Positions 1-12,187 of a stretch of DNA of 64,000 nt are shown in pieces; position 1 is the first letter of the stretch, and each line of letters opens with the position of its first letter. Origin of the DNA: Epiperipatus broadwayi (taxonomy: Eukaryota; Animalia; Onychophora); NCBI GenBank assembly GCA_028023455.1, contig JAQFVV010000003.1:15810001-15874000 (forward strand), written 5' to 3'. The notes under the pieces were generated by a model. The model was not told the origin of the DNA, did no database searches, and was given only the letters and a program-made list of their open reading frames with translations. The position numbers and the translations under genes were made by a program.

Positions 1-100
1 AAAGTGTTAGTTGAGAAAGACTATGAGGATAATCAAAAGTGCTCCTAAGTGGATAAAAATTTTAAATTTATACTTTACATATATCTAATTATTGTATTTA

Positions 101-118
101 TAAATATTCAATTATAAG

Positions 119-152
<34 letters not shown>

Positions 153-172
153 CTTATAATTGAATATTTATG

Positions 173-209
<37 letters not shown>

Positions 210-215
210 CATAAA
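101..215. repeat. Two adjacent palindromes centred on (TA)n tracts
   Basis: 101-120 TAAATATTCAATTATAAGAT and 151-170 ATCTTATAATTGAATATTTA are exact reverse complements around (TA)15. TTTATGCTA...TAGCATAAA flanks the next (TA)n. Confidence 0.9.
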
Positions 216-2782
216 CCTTTTCCCAATTAAAAGTTAAAATTAAAAACAGGTTTAGTGAGTACCGAATAGAAATTATCAGCAATAATCAAGAACTAGATGA
301 ATATTTGAGGCAGTAACAAGTCTAAAAAAAGCTCTTATACAGATAAATAATATTTTAATGAAACAATATGATGATTACTATAGCCATATCTGATGGTTAT
401 GATTGTGATAATTTTACTATTTCATGTGTTCTTATCCATAGACTTATGAGACTTCATTAAAACATTACTATCTATTTACAGGATAATTTTACTGTAATCA
501 GAATCTTATTAAACTACTTGAAATAACTGTATCAGATTATTACTAACCTAAAAAGTCTCCTATTGATTTAGATTACTATCATAGCTTTTTTCCCATTTAA
601 AATTAAAATAATGTAAAATATCCCTAATGATAATTATATCAAAGCAGAAATTAGTTCCAAGCAATACAGTTAAATATTTCTGCTTTGCACTAAGTGCTTA
701 TACTGATCTATTTCTCTTAATAAAACTTGTTTTTCTTTTGATAAAAAATTGATTGAGCAAATATATGGTTACACATACGTTTTTGAAAGTGAAATCAAGT
801 AAAATAAAAATTTGTGATGTTCATTATAAGTGATATGTGACTTCTTGGTACATCATTATAATGCTAATGATATTAAAAATTGAGTTTATACAATGGACTA
901 TACACCTGAACTTATGAATGTTAAACTTACATAGTTCATCAGAAAAATAATATTTAGTGTGGAGTGAAATTATTGTAATAATACCATTGAAATTTATTTT
1001 GGAGATTTTAATGCATATGCTAATACAAATAATAAATTAATTTCAAAATTATTGAAAGTAATTATATTATCACTATAAATTTAAATGGTATGTTACTAAT
1101 GTATTTTATATAACATTTTTGTTCATTGAAACTGAAGTAATTGATGAAATAAAATAAAAAATTAAAAAAAGTTATAATTCAGAAACAAAATGTAATTTAG
1201 TATAGAATTAATTGTAATAAAGTTCATATATTAATATTGCTAAGAGAAACTAAGTGTCCATTCCTCTCTATTTAAACTTGACTATTTTTTAATCTTATAA
1301 ATCTGTAATGAGAGGAGTGATAAATTTAACTGTCATGCAAATTTGTTCATTATTTTTTTCAGAAAAGTTTTTTTTTCATATTGTCAAAATGTAAAATCAA
1401 CATCATATATGTGTGTGTGCATGTGATTTAGATGCAGACAAACTACCTTTACCAGGCAAACTACATTTTGTACATGTGCTATGATGTGTGAGTGCTTACA
1501 TCAAAAAATATTATAAAGATATGGCCAACAATTCATATTTAGAGCTTTGTTTTAAATAAACCAACATTTATTGACACTGTTGATAGCTAATTTAAACATC
1601 TGGCAGTTTAATAAGTTTCACTGTATTACAGCACTGTAATGGTGGTTTATTTAAAAGTAAGCTCTAAACATAGGTAGCTGATTATGTTTTAAAAATATTT
1701 ATTGATGGGCATTAATCACAATTTGTAGCACACATATGAAAGAGAGTTTGCTTTCATCTAAATTACATATATATCTAAAATTGCTACATTATTTAATATT
1801 TACTTTTATATACAATTTAATAATTTGTAAAAATGTAATTGATGCAATGTTTTTATATATATATAGAAATTTTTATTGTATTTTATTTTTAAAAAATCAT
1901 AGTTATGTATTAACAAAATGGTAAACATCGAGAATAGCAAACTGCCAAAGCTTTTTGCATTCAAAAAGGAATTCTAAATGATGTTTCTAGAATTACTGTA
2001 AATATATGTGTGTATAAGTTATCAAGGTCTTACAACTTTTCCTATTTTCCCATTGCACAATAGACTCTTCAATGCCAAAAAGTTGAATATTATTATTTAA
2101 TAATTTTAATGTTTGTAATTGATTAAATATTTCTAAATATGTGGAAATTTACATTATATTTTATTTAGAAAACCTAAGAGTATAACAAGAAAATAAATAT
2201 ATGCATGTAGATTTTCTGATATTTAAAATCATTTTATCAATCATATCTGTTAAAAATTATTAAATTATAACATTTGATTTTTTTGTGGAAATGTTTATTG
2301 TGCAGAGAGAAGTAGGAAAAGATCTGAGACTTTGTTTTCCTATAGATGCAAATATTTACAGTAATGATTTATCTCTATATAAGATCTATAGATGGCATTT
2401 AAAAGATAATTTATTTTTGAATGCAAAATGCATTGGCAGATTGCTATTTGAGTTTTGGTTCATCACATATTCATTTTGTGTAATGAACAATACTTTCTTT
2501 ATTTGATATCAGCAAGAGTTTCTTTCTTGGACGTAATTTTTAACACATTTGAATCACAACTATGTTAATAATAATAAAAAAACTATGGTCATGTTTTCTT
2601 TCATGATTATGAAAGACAGATGAATTAACAGCTTCATGTTTAATCTCAGATATTTTATATATTAATGAATATTAAATCATTATATAGATAACTTTTGACT
2701 TGTCTCATCATCATTATATATATATGTTAATTCTAATGTTTTCACGGATAAAAGATGTCATATTGTTATTACTATTTGCGGG

Positions 2783-2826
2783 ATGCTCTGAGGAAGGTAG
2801 TTGATATTGTACTGAAACGTCAGCAT
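2783..2826 (+). ncRNA. Minimal type I hammerhead ribozyme motif (PLE pLTR)
   Basis: ATGCT-CTGAGGA-(A)GGTAG TTGATATT GTACT-GAAA-C-GTC-AGCAT: CUGANGA and GAAA cores, GUC site, 5-bp stem I, palindromic ACGT stem III. Stem II has one mismatch. Confidence 0.75.
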
Positions 2827-2930
2827 TTAGCTTTTTCGCTACACGGAATATCCCACAAATAGTAATAATAATATGACAAAAAAAATGATTTTAAATCTCA
2901 CATGCATTCTTATGATTTGAGAAAGAGGAC

Positions 2931-2970
2931 GCTCTGAGGAAGGTACTTGATATTGTACTGAAATGTCAGC
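2931..2970 (+). ncRNA. Minimal hammerhead ribozyme motif, second tandem copy (stem III C>T variant)
   Basis: GCT-CTGAGGA-AGGTAC TTGATATT GTACT-GAAA-T-GTC-AGC. Confidence 0.65.
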
Positions 2971-3076
2971 ATTTAGCTTTTTCACTACACGGAATATCCC
3001 ACAAATAGTAATAATAATATGACATATATATATATATAAATAGTAATAATAATATGACATATATATATATATATAT

Positions 3077-4166
3077 TGTACCATTCATTGGTATCTTAGG
3101 CTTTATATGATTTACATTCTTCATATTTTATGACCAAATTTTGTTCGTTTTTGATAATTCCCTTATTAGAATATGTCAGGTAATTTTATTGAAAGCAATT
3201 ATTTTTCTTTGTCACACAACCTTGCTTAACATAACTAAACTTGAATAGTACTTGAAGGCAAAACCAGCTTTAATTTATTTGAAATGAATCAGGATCTATC
3301 CAAGAGTCCATTGGCCTACTCCTCTATCTTTATAAGTATAAAAACAAATAAAATAAATTCAAATGGCTATTAAATACTACTATTTTTTAAAGATTCAGAT
3401 TCCTTTTTTTATAGTCTGACACAACATAGCTTTTGATATCCTTATAGTTCAAGAAAGTGAACAAATAAATTATGAAATAAAGTCTCTTACCAGTAAATTG
3501 AATTGTTTGTTTATATTGGTGCATAGATTACCATGCATGATTTTTGTTCTCCTGGGAGGGATTGGTTCTATGCTCTCATTATAGCTTTAGATGGTCCAGG
3601 GTTAAAAGACTTAGGTATGTGATGGCTTCACTTTTGGCATTTTAAAACTTCACAAAGGAAGAAAAATTGGCAAATGAACTTTTCTCTACTCACACATATT
3701 ATGTTTGGCACATTTTATATGACCATAAAAAATGAATTCCATAGTAAAGTGTTTTCTTTAGAAGATGAAGATTTAAGATGAAAGATGCATAATGTATTTG
3801 CTTTTTATACTTCATCCCTGACTGTATTCATCTATACACCAAATCCTGTTGATACCTTTTAATTTGACAAATTTAAAGTAATTTTGTTCACAAATTTGTC
3901 CTTTTCCACTTTGGTGGTTATCTTTGATAACTGGTGACAGAATGTTGTGATTTTATCTTTCAAGTGCTGCTAATATATTTGCAACAAGAATTTATATTCT
4001 TATCTTAGTAAAAATCAAAATAAGGTCTGGTTATTCTCTTTATTTTTGTTTAATATCTTTAACTGAGAGATGTGCAAATATATATATATATTTTCTTTTC
4101 AGGAATTTGATAATTTTAAATTTTAAATTGCCAATACAAAACTTGTACCAAAACAAATATGATACA
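3077..4166 (-). repeat. 3' LTR of element 1
   Basis: TGTACC...ACAAATATGATACA; alignable by eye along most of its length with 7314-8630. Confidence 0.8.
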
Positions 4167-4817
4167 ATAACTCTGTGGTCAGGAACAAGAATGAAATAGA
4201 GTTTTACATTTTTTTTTATTCTTAATAACTTTTATCTTTCCTAATCAATCATCCTAATACTGAATTACTGTTTGTCATATTTAATAATGAACATCTGGGG
4301 ACTTCAAGATATAAGTTTATCCTGTTTATTCTACAAGGCTATCTGTTTGGATATCTTGATTTATAAAGCCTCAATGCCCTATGATTGTATATCCCTTTCT
4401 CTTCCCTTTCATTTGGGAGAGAAAATACATTTGGGCCATTCTCCCTAACTATCTGATATAGTCCTTCATACAGATTCTGGAACTTTTTATAGATATTCTT
4501 CTCTGTTTATCTAACTGGTTTACTCTAACCCATATCTTGTCCCTTTTTTGAAACTGATGACTTTTGACCCTTCCTATCTGTTATTAAATAAGCAACATAA
4601 CTTATCCTCAATGTTACCTTCCTCTGATCTGTCTATTCATAGACACATTTGGGGATGTCTGTTAACTTGGCTTTGTACAGTCTTTTCACTGGTTGTCAGA
4701 ACTGTAGTTGAAAAGGTGTGAAATGTGTGGACTCAATCTCAGTCCCATTAATCTCATTAACCATCTAAGACAACTGTTTACCCCACTCCCTGTGGTTTAT
4801 TGATATTCTCTAATCAC

Positions 4818-5072
4818 TTATTCCCAGAAGTGTGACTGAGGGTTATGAATAGACAACAATATGTACTGCATTTCCTTTCCCTCTATCCACTTCCTCCATA
4901 AAGGAGTACAATGATCAGATAAGCCAGCCCTCACTTTACCTACTTTAGGAAAATGTTGTGTCTGTAATATTTGTATGTGGTTTTTTGCATTAGCCTGAGA
5001 AATAGGATATTCAGACAGCCACTTTGAAAAAACATCATAAATTGGTAATACATATATCTTTCTTTGAAACAC
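4818..5072 (-). pseudogene. Gypsy integrase catalytic-core fragment
   Basis: DVFSK..YPISQANAK..SDHCTP..SIHNPQS, parallel to 12685-12978 (DIFSK..YPMAQANAK..SDHGTP..NPQSNP). Confidence 0.8.
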
Positions 5073-5849
5073 AGGTAGTTGCCTGTAAAAATTGGCAGCT
5101 ATGAGGTCATTGAGTTTCTCAGAAATTAGGCATTATATATACTTATGTATGATCTGTTGACAGGTTTAGTCTTTTGGAACACTTCACATCTTTTACTATG
5201 TTGGTTGTCTGATGCCTCATACTTAGCCAATAAAATCATGTTTTTAACAGTCTTTCTACTTTATGAACCTCATAATGTCCATATAGGCAATGGGTTTATG
5301 TAGTTAACTTTTCTCTTAAACCCTTGGACACTATCATTTCTCCATATTCCCTCTTTAATACCTCTCCAATTTTTTTCAGTGTAACTGAAGTCATGTTTCT
5401 GTTTGTCACCTAAGTGCCTAAGTTCATCTTCAATATATTATCTATTTCCATGCCTACTGTCACCAGACTTATCTCTTCCATCTGCAAATGGCTAGAGACT
5501 TCATGATTCAGATTATGCCTTAAAGCATATGCCACCACATTTTCTGTTCCCCTACAATATTATATAGAATAGTTAAATTCTTGAAAAAAAGAGATCCAAT
5601 AAATTAGCATACTATTGGAAAGATAGCTGTGGTTAAGTAATTCCAGACTTTTGTGATCAGTTCTAACTAGCACCTCCAATCCTATCAGAAATTGTCAAAA
5701 TCTCTGTAATATCCATACAACTGCCTCCATCTCTTGTTACAGAGTAATTGATCTCTGGACCCTTAAAGATATGCTGATGAAATACATATGCCTTGGCTAC
5801 CACCTTCCTGAGTTTACATCAGTTCTGCCCCCAACCTGTGTCCACTGCT

Positions 5850-6540
5850 ATCCACTTGTACTATGAAAGTTTTTTTAAGTCTGGATAGACAACATCACTT
5901 GACTCAAAAATATTTTTTGTTGCATTTGAATACAGCTTCATGTTTGTCTATCCATTCCCATGGAATATTTTTTTTATAATAGCTGCAGCAAAGCTCCATG
6001 TCAGTTGCAAACTTCTAGTAAAATTTATCCCTAGGAATTACGTAACCTGTCTTATTGATCTAGTAGCTAAGAATTCCCTAATAGTATGTATTTTATCAGA
6101 ATGGGACTTAACTCATTTTCTATTGCAAATGTCCGACAAAACTTGCTTCTGATGCAGCTATACAACTTTTTTTGTAAATGAATTTGAATGCCCTGTTTTT
6201 ACATTGTTGTAAAACATTTGGATATGTCTTAAATGCTCTGTTGGGCTTTTTGATGCAATGATGACATTGTTCATAAAAAGGTTAACCAAACCCTTTATTT
6301 CTGGAGATAGTACCCTATCCAAACACTTTAACAACCCTACCCCACTGTTCTTTAAACCAAATGACATTATGTTATACTGGTAAATATATCATTACATCTG
6401 AATATCATATACTTGTGGTCTGTTGTGTGTAGTTTGATCTGCCAATAAATAGTTGTCAGGTCTAAAATAAATAAAAAAAATATTTCTCAGAAAACCTGTT
6501 CAATAATTCATTTATAGGTGAGGGGACATTATATCAGGTC
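5850..6540 (-). pseudogene. Gypsy reverse transcriptase/RNase H junction remnants
   Basis: MSFGLKNS..DRVL..FMNNVIIAS....EHLRHI (decayed MPFGL and YVDD motifs). A PDFKKTFIVQVDS-like reading occurs near 5850-5890 and a PSPINELL-like reading near 6500-6520. Confidence 0.75.
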
Positions 6541-7295
6541 AGGTTATCCTATTCAACTGTCCAGCAACCAGGCATAGTCTTACTGACTCATCTTTTTTAC
6601 TATGACTAATGGGTTATTATATGGTAATGATCCCTTTATTATAACCCCCAATTCCTCCATTTTTGACAGTTGTTTTCAATCTCTGTTCTATATTGATGAT
6701 GTACAGGATAAGATTGTGCTTGGTATAGTGTGTCATCTCTCTTTCCTACCCTTGCTTGTATCCATGCCTGTTTATTGGTCTATGGTACTAGGGTTTTCCT
6801 CACTGGCAAAGTTTTCACATCAGGGGCTTGTTGCATCATGCATTCATATACAGTCACAGACATGACTGATATTCAACTACCTGAGTCAAACAATGCATTT
6901 ACTTCCATTATCATTAATCTGTATTGTACTTTTGGGCATTCTTGGGATGCAAAATTTACTATCTCCTTATTCCATTCACAAATCAGATTGACTACTCTTT
7001 TTTCTTTTATTGTCATGGCCTTACTTTTTTTTTATCTTAATTTTATACGTCTATTTTTCTCTCATATATCTTGTTTAGTTTTTATTTTCTTATTTTTATT
7101 TCACAAACACATCTGCACATGTTCTTCCTCCTATTGTCACTTTTTTTTCTGAACTACTTTATTTCCATCATTTTGCCTATACTTTTCCCCCTACCTACAT
7201 ACACAATTGTTTTGGAGAAAAAAGTTTACATTTAAAATGTTTTTATAATTTTACTCTTATCTCATATTCTGGATCACTATTATGGCTTATAAGTA

Positions 7296-7312
7296 GCCCA
7301 TGTTGGATGACA
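7296..7312 (-). promoter_or_regulatory. Degenerate tRNA-Lys primer-binding site of element 1
   Basis: Minus strand reads TGTCATCCAACATGGGC directly after the LTR end GGTACA; 12/17 match to the Lys(CUU) PBS TGGCGCCCAACGTGGGG. Confidence 0.55.
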
Positions 7313-7313
7313 T

Positions 7314-8624
7314 TGTACCATCCATCAGTATATTAGGGTTTATACAATTTATGTTCTTCATATTCAGTGACCAAATTACATTCATTTTGATAATTCCATC
7401 ATTAGAACATGTCAGATATTTTATCTAATGCAAATATATTTCCTGGTCACACAACCCTGCTTTATTAACATAACTAAACTTGAATAAAAGTTAAGGACAG
7501 AACCAGCTTTTAATTTACTTGAAAGGTGTTAGGATTCTATATAAGAATCTACTGCTCTACTCCCCCTATCTTTATTAGTTACTATTATAAAATTATTTGC
7601 TACACCCAGAGGAATGTACTTTTTAATATGGCATTTGTAATTTATTTGGTAAAGTAATAATTATAGAATTTAAAATAATTTTATCTTATTAATAACAAAC
7701 TTAAATAGACAACAATGCATGTTATATTCCTATGATTTACTAAGTTATGATTATTTTAAAAACTAAATAGAGAATTGCAGTCTAAAACAGATAAATTCAA
7801 ATGGTTATTAAACACAACTGTTTTTTTTTAATTCAGACACAACACAACATTTACTATCCTTATAGTTCAAAAAAGTGATTACTTAAATTACAAAATAAGG
7901 TCTCTTACCAGCAAGTTGAATTATTCGATTATAATTGTGGGTAGATTACCATGCATAGTTTTTGTTCTCCTGGGAGAGACCACTTGTACACTTTCATTCT
8001 AGTTTTTAGATAATCTGGGGTTGAACGATTTAGGAAGATAATGGCTTTACTCTTAGTATTCTAAGAGTTCAGAAAGGAAGAAACATTGCCAAATGAACTC
8101 TTCCTTACTCACACATTTATGATGATTTAATATGCTGGTGAGAATAGCTTGGCCTATTTTATAGAAAAATCAATTTTATAGTAAACTGTTATCTTTAGAA
8201 GATCTAAACTGTTGTCCTTAGAAGACAAAGATTTTAGATGCAAGATGAACAATGTATTTACTTTTTATACCCCCTCCTTGAATTTAGTCAGCCATACAAA
8301 TCCTGTTGCCACTTTTTAACATTGACAAATTTAAATTAATTTGGCCATCTTTGAATATGGTGATATAATGCTGTGACTTTATCTTTCAAGTACTGCTAAT
8401 TAATTTCCAATAAGAATTTATATCCTTATCTTAGCATAAATGAAAGCAATGTCTGGTTATTTTTTTTATCACTTTTTTAATCACTTTCATTTAAAATATA
8501 TATATAATCTATGTCATCTAAAGAAATACAATCAGATATTTGGAAAACAATTTTTTTTCTTTATGGGAATTTGAAAAATTAAAATTCTAAATTGCTAATG
8601 CAAAATTTTTACCAAAACAAATAT

Positions 8625-8630
<6 letters not shown>
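7314..8630 (-). repeat. 5' LTR of element 1
   Basis: TGTACC...ACAAATATGGTATA, homologous to 3077-4166, with the PBS adjacent. Confidence 0.8.

Positions 8631-8695
<65 letters not shown>
8627..8695. repeat. Compound (TA)n(TG)n microsatellite
   Basis: Seen directly. Confidence 0.97.
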
Positions 8696-8697
<2 letters not shown>

Positions 8698-10010
8698 AGC
8701 CTTTTGCTGCACTTTAGAGCATAGTAGCAATCCACTGTTACATTTTCTATCCTTTATGTTAATAAGCTTGTTTAAATTTATGGAGGTTCTATATTCAACA
8801 TTAAATTTGTTTGAGCATATTTGTGTTGTTTTATTACCCATATATGATAAATATAGTAGAGAAATCCAACTCTTATTATTTCAATGATCGACCATTTTAT
8901 TATTTTGATTTTGAATTGCTCTGTGTACCAAGGTATGTGCATTCTGTAATAGTCTTCTTTTATCAAGTCAGTCATATAATGTTAATTGTTCTCAATCATA
9001 TCTGATTCATATTGTCACAAATAATAATTAGTTATAGAATGGATAAATGTTGTCATATATAGGGGTAACAAGGTGCAGTATTTAAAATGATTAAAGGAGC
9101 AAGAATTGTTATACAAAGATGTGAAAAGTGAAAATAATAGTGATTTAATGAATGCTTCCATTTTCTTTGTCATGAAAGGACACATAAATATAAATTTAAA
9201 TTTGATATTGAATGTTGTTAAGATTTTTTTATGAATAGAGAAACCATAATAAAAAAATACATTAAGAAGTCAATTTTAATAAATAGAAATAAAATGAATA
9301 TAATTAATAGATAAGCTGCTAATGATAAATTTTGGATTTATGGGAGTTGAATTGATGACATTTGCTTCCATCATGTTTTTTGAATTTAATGGCAGTTGAG
9401 GAGGGTTAAGAAATTAATCACAAACACTTCTTCAGATTGAAACACTGTATATATTAGTTAATTACTATTAAATTTATGTTTATTGTTATTACAGTAGTTT
9501 TAAATGAATGGACATTGTATGTGTGTTTAAAACACTATTTTTATATATCCAATAATTTTAAAATGAATATGACTATCCAAAGTTTAAATTATACCAGTAA
9601 TATATACATTACTTTTATCATATGACTAAAATAATCAGTCTATCAGCTTTTTCAATGTTTCATTTTTACAGCACTAATTGTCATCTATTTAAAAAGCTAT
9701 TTTTTTTAATATCCCGATGTATGGTTTAAATATAGTAAATAAAATAATAGTAATTAATGAGTAAACATTATAACATGCAGCAGATTTGCTTTTTTCTTAA
9801 ACTACATTGTGATTATTTCACATTTTAAAATTGTATTTATTTGAAAAGGGTTTTGAATATTGTTAGAATATTAGAAAGTTATCTTATAGGCAGTGTACAA
9901 GTAGTATTGGAAGTCACAAACAATTACTAGTTATTTAATCTTGATGTCAAAAGTGGTACAAAAAATAATACTGGAAATTGATTGTCTAATTTAATACTTT
10001 GTTTGTATTG

Positions 10011-10040
<30 letters not shown>

Positions 10041-10046
<6 letters not shown>

Positions 10047-10093
10047 AATAATACATTATATATATATATATATATATAATGTTTATTATCATA
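10041..10093. repeat. Near-perfect palindrome centred on (TA)n
   Basis: TATGATAATAATACATTATA ... TATAATGTTTATTATCATA. Confidence 0.85.
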
Positions 10094-10180
10094 AATAAAG
10101 GGGATTTGAACTTAGGATTTTTAGTCCATATTCATCCTTCATTCCATCTCAAATAACCAACACACATATATAAAATAGAT

Positions 10181-10284
10181 AAATGATCCCCAATGGATGT
10201 ATTTTTTGCAGAACCAGCACTCATCTGTCCCAACAGATGAGTACTGATTCTGCATGAAATACATACATTGATGACTTATCATTT
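10181..10284. repeat. Short foldback hairpin (~50-bp arms, 4-nt loop), probable MITE deletion derivative
   Basis: TGCAGAACCAGCACTCATCTGT-CCCA-ACAGATGAGTACTGATTCTGCA core, extending imperfectly to AAATGAT...ATCATTT. The arm resembles 28231-28280. Confidence 0.75.
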
Positions 10285-10328
10285 TTACATGTGTGTTGTC
10301 ATATGTATCAGTTGTTTGATATGTATAT

Positions 10329-12045
10329 TGAACCTCCCACCTTCTTTAACTATAATAAATAACAACGACGAATAGAAAAAAAAAATGAATACTATACCTT
10401 CCTTATTATCCAATCTTTAAAGGTTCTAGGTTTTCAGATAAAGTGCAAAATATCATTGGCAGCAAACTACCAATAACATAAACACCCGGCTACTGGACAA
10501 ATGCCAACCAAATAAACACTTTATTTATTTTTAAGGTAAACCCTTTAGGCACCAGTTAATTACATTTGTAATCAACATGTTTATTTAATTAGAACTAAAT
10601 CCAGTACCTGAAGTCTCCAACTAGCTCATCGGATTGTAACTACCTTTTAAGAAAAATAAAACTCCATCCTCTCAAATAATCCTATCTCAATAATAATGAT
10701 AACTTACTGAACGAGAAAACATTAAAATCCTTACTTTTAAAAAAATATAGTTTCTTTATTCTTTTAATTTTGACTTAATTATTTCTTGTTAACGATTAAA
10801 TCTTTTGATTCCCATCTTATTAAAATATTGTTCAACATAAATGTGTGTATTCAAAATATAAATGTAAATATTTAAACAACATTTTAAGTATTTCCTTTTT
10901 TTAATAAAAAAAAAACAATCGTTTTGCTTTATAAGTTAAACACACATCCTCTTTTCATTTTAAATAAATAATTAAATACATTATATTACTCTTTTCATTT
11001 TAACACAAATATTTTCATAAATTATATTAAATAAAATATACTTGACATATTAGATTAAGATACACTCATACATACACACAATGTCTTTAAATATAATTAA
11101 ATACAGAAGCCAATATCATTTATACTTCCTAAATATTATTTTGTAAAGTTTAAAGTTTTATTTATCACAATTAATTTTTTTATTTTGAAAGGAAATCAAG
11201 AATGAGAGAAGACCAAAATCAAAAGTTACCTAGGATTTGGAAAGTTCGAAATGATGTACACATCACAATGTAGTTTCTCTAAAAATTATTTATTACCGGT
11301 TAGCACTAACTTCAAGCAAACCTTCCTTGACTCCATGATATTGTACAACTTTCGTGGATTTTTCAGCATCGACAGTCTGGTATTTCATTGCTTTACTTGA
11401 CAATGATTTACCAACTGAACTACCTGCTGATGTTTCCGCAGTGAGGTTTCAGTTGATTGTACAATATGGTAATTTAACACTGCATCTTTTCGGTAGATAT
11501 GACAATTTATATAATTGTTATATCTCTAACTTCAAAAAATATTTTTAAATGTTTTTAAAATATTCAAAAGTAAATGGAATGTTGAAAGTTTTTAAAATGT
11601 ATTAACAATGAAAAATTTTGGTTATCTCCAGCGTCTATTGTCTTGTGAAATTACTGTCCTTTACTTCACTCTGATTGGGCTTCTATTTTTTCTTCAAAAC
11701 TTTTACGCATACACACACACATTTAATTGTTTTATTATAAAACAAAATGGAATTCTCTTTATTATTATTATTTTTTTATTACAAACTAATCAAAATAATA
11801 TTAAATCATTTTATTTATAAAATCAATTTTTTTCTTCTTTAAAATAAAAAAAATCCCACCCTCTTTTAAAGCATGTATTATTTTTAATACCCCTCCCCCC
11901 TTACCCTACTCTTTAGTTTTTTTTTTAATTTTTCTTTCTACTTTTAACTTTTATTCCCATTTTATTTTTTAAAAAGATGAAATTTATGAGATATTACTTT
12001 TTTAAAAAATAACACTACCGTTCAATAACAATATACTTTGGTACA
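10329..12045 (-). repeat. 3' LTR of element 2 (1717 bp)
   Basis: TGAACC...GGTACA; colinear with 16430-18192. Confidence 0.93.
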
Positions 12046-12064
12046 TTATCTCTGTCCCTCCCCT
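12046..12064 (-). promoter_or_regulatory. Polypurine tract
   Basis: Minus strand AGGGGAGGGACAGAGATAA immediately precedes the 3' LTR start TGTACC. Confidence 0.85.
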
Positions 12065-12187
12065 AAACTAAAATATCATTCTGAGCATTTTAGTTTCAAA
12101 ATCTAAATTTATAAATATTATATTACATCCCACTACTTTATTTAATTACAATTTGTCTTCCCATAACCATGTCATCATATTTATTTA

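Larger units (their letters stand above)
2726..3060 (+). mobile_element. Penelope-like element pseudo-LTR cluster (short inverted pLTR plus two tandem pLTR copies)
   Basis: Near-identical to the 3' end of the PLE at 46600-46768. 2726-2784 is the inverted pLTR end, followed by direct copies at ~2781-2877 and ~2886-3030. Inverted-plus-tandem pLTRs are the established PLE insertion pattern. Confidence 0.9.
3077..8630 (-). mobile_element. Old degenerate Ty3/Gypsy LTR retrotransposon (element 1)
   Basis: Two diverged direct repeats both starting TGTACC (3077, 7314) enclose minus-strand RT, RNase H and integrase fragments similar to element 2. (TA)n lies on both outer sides. Confidence 0.85.

Noticed and set aside
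6730-7152. 140-aa hydrophobic ORF as a membrane protein or env
   Set aside because: It is the antisense reading of purine-rich Gypsy gag/protease sequence.
8587-9005. Overlapping short ORFs
   Set aside because: They arise from microsatellite and low-complexity AT-rich sequence, as do most other 60-90 aa ORFs in the track.
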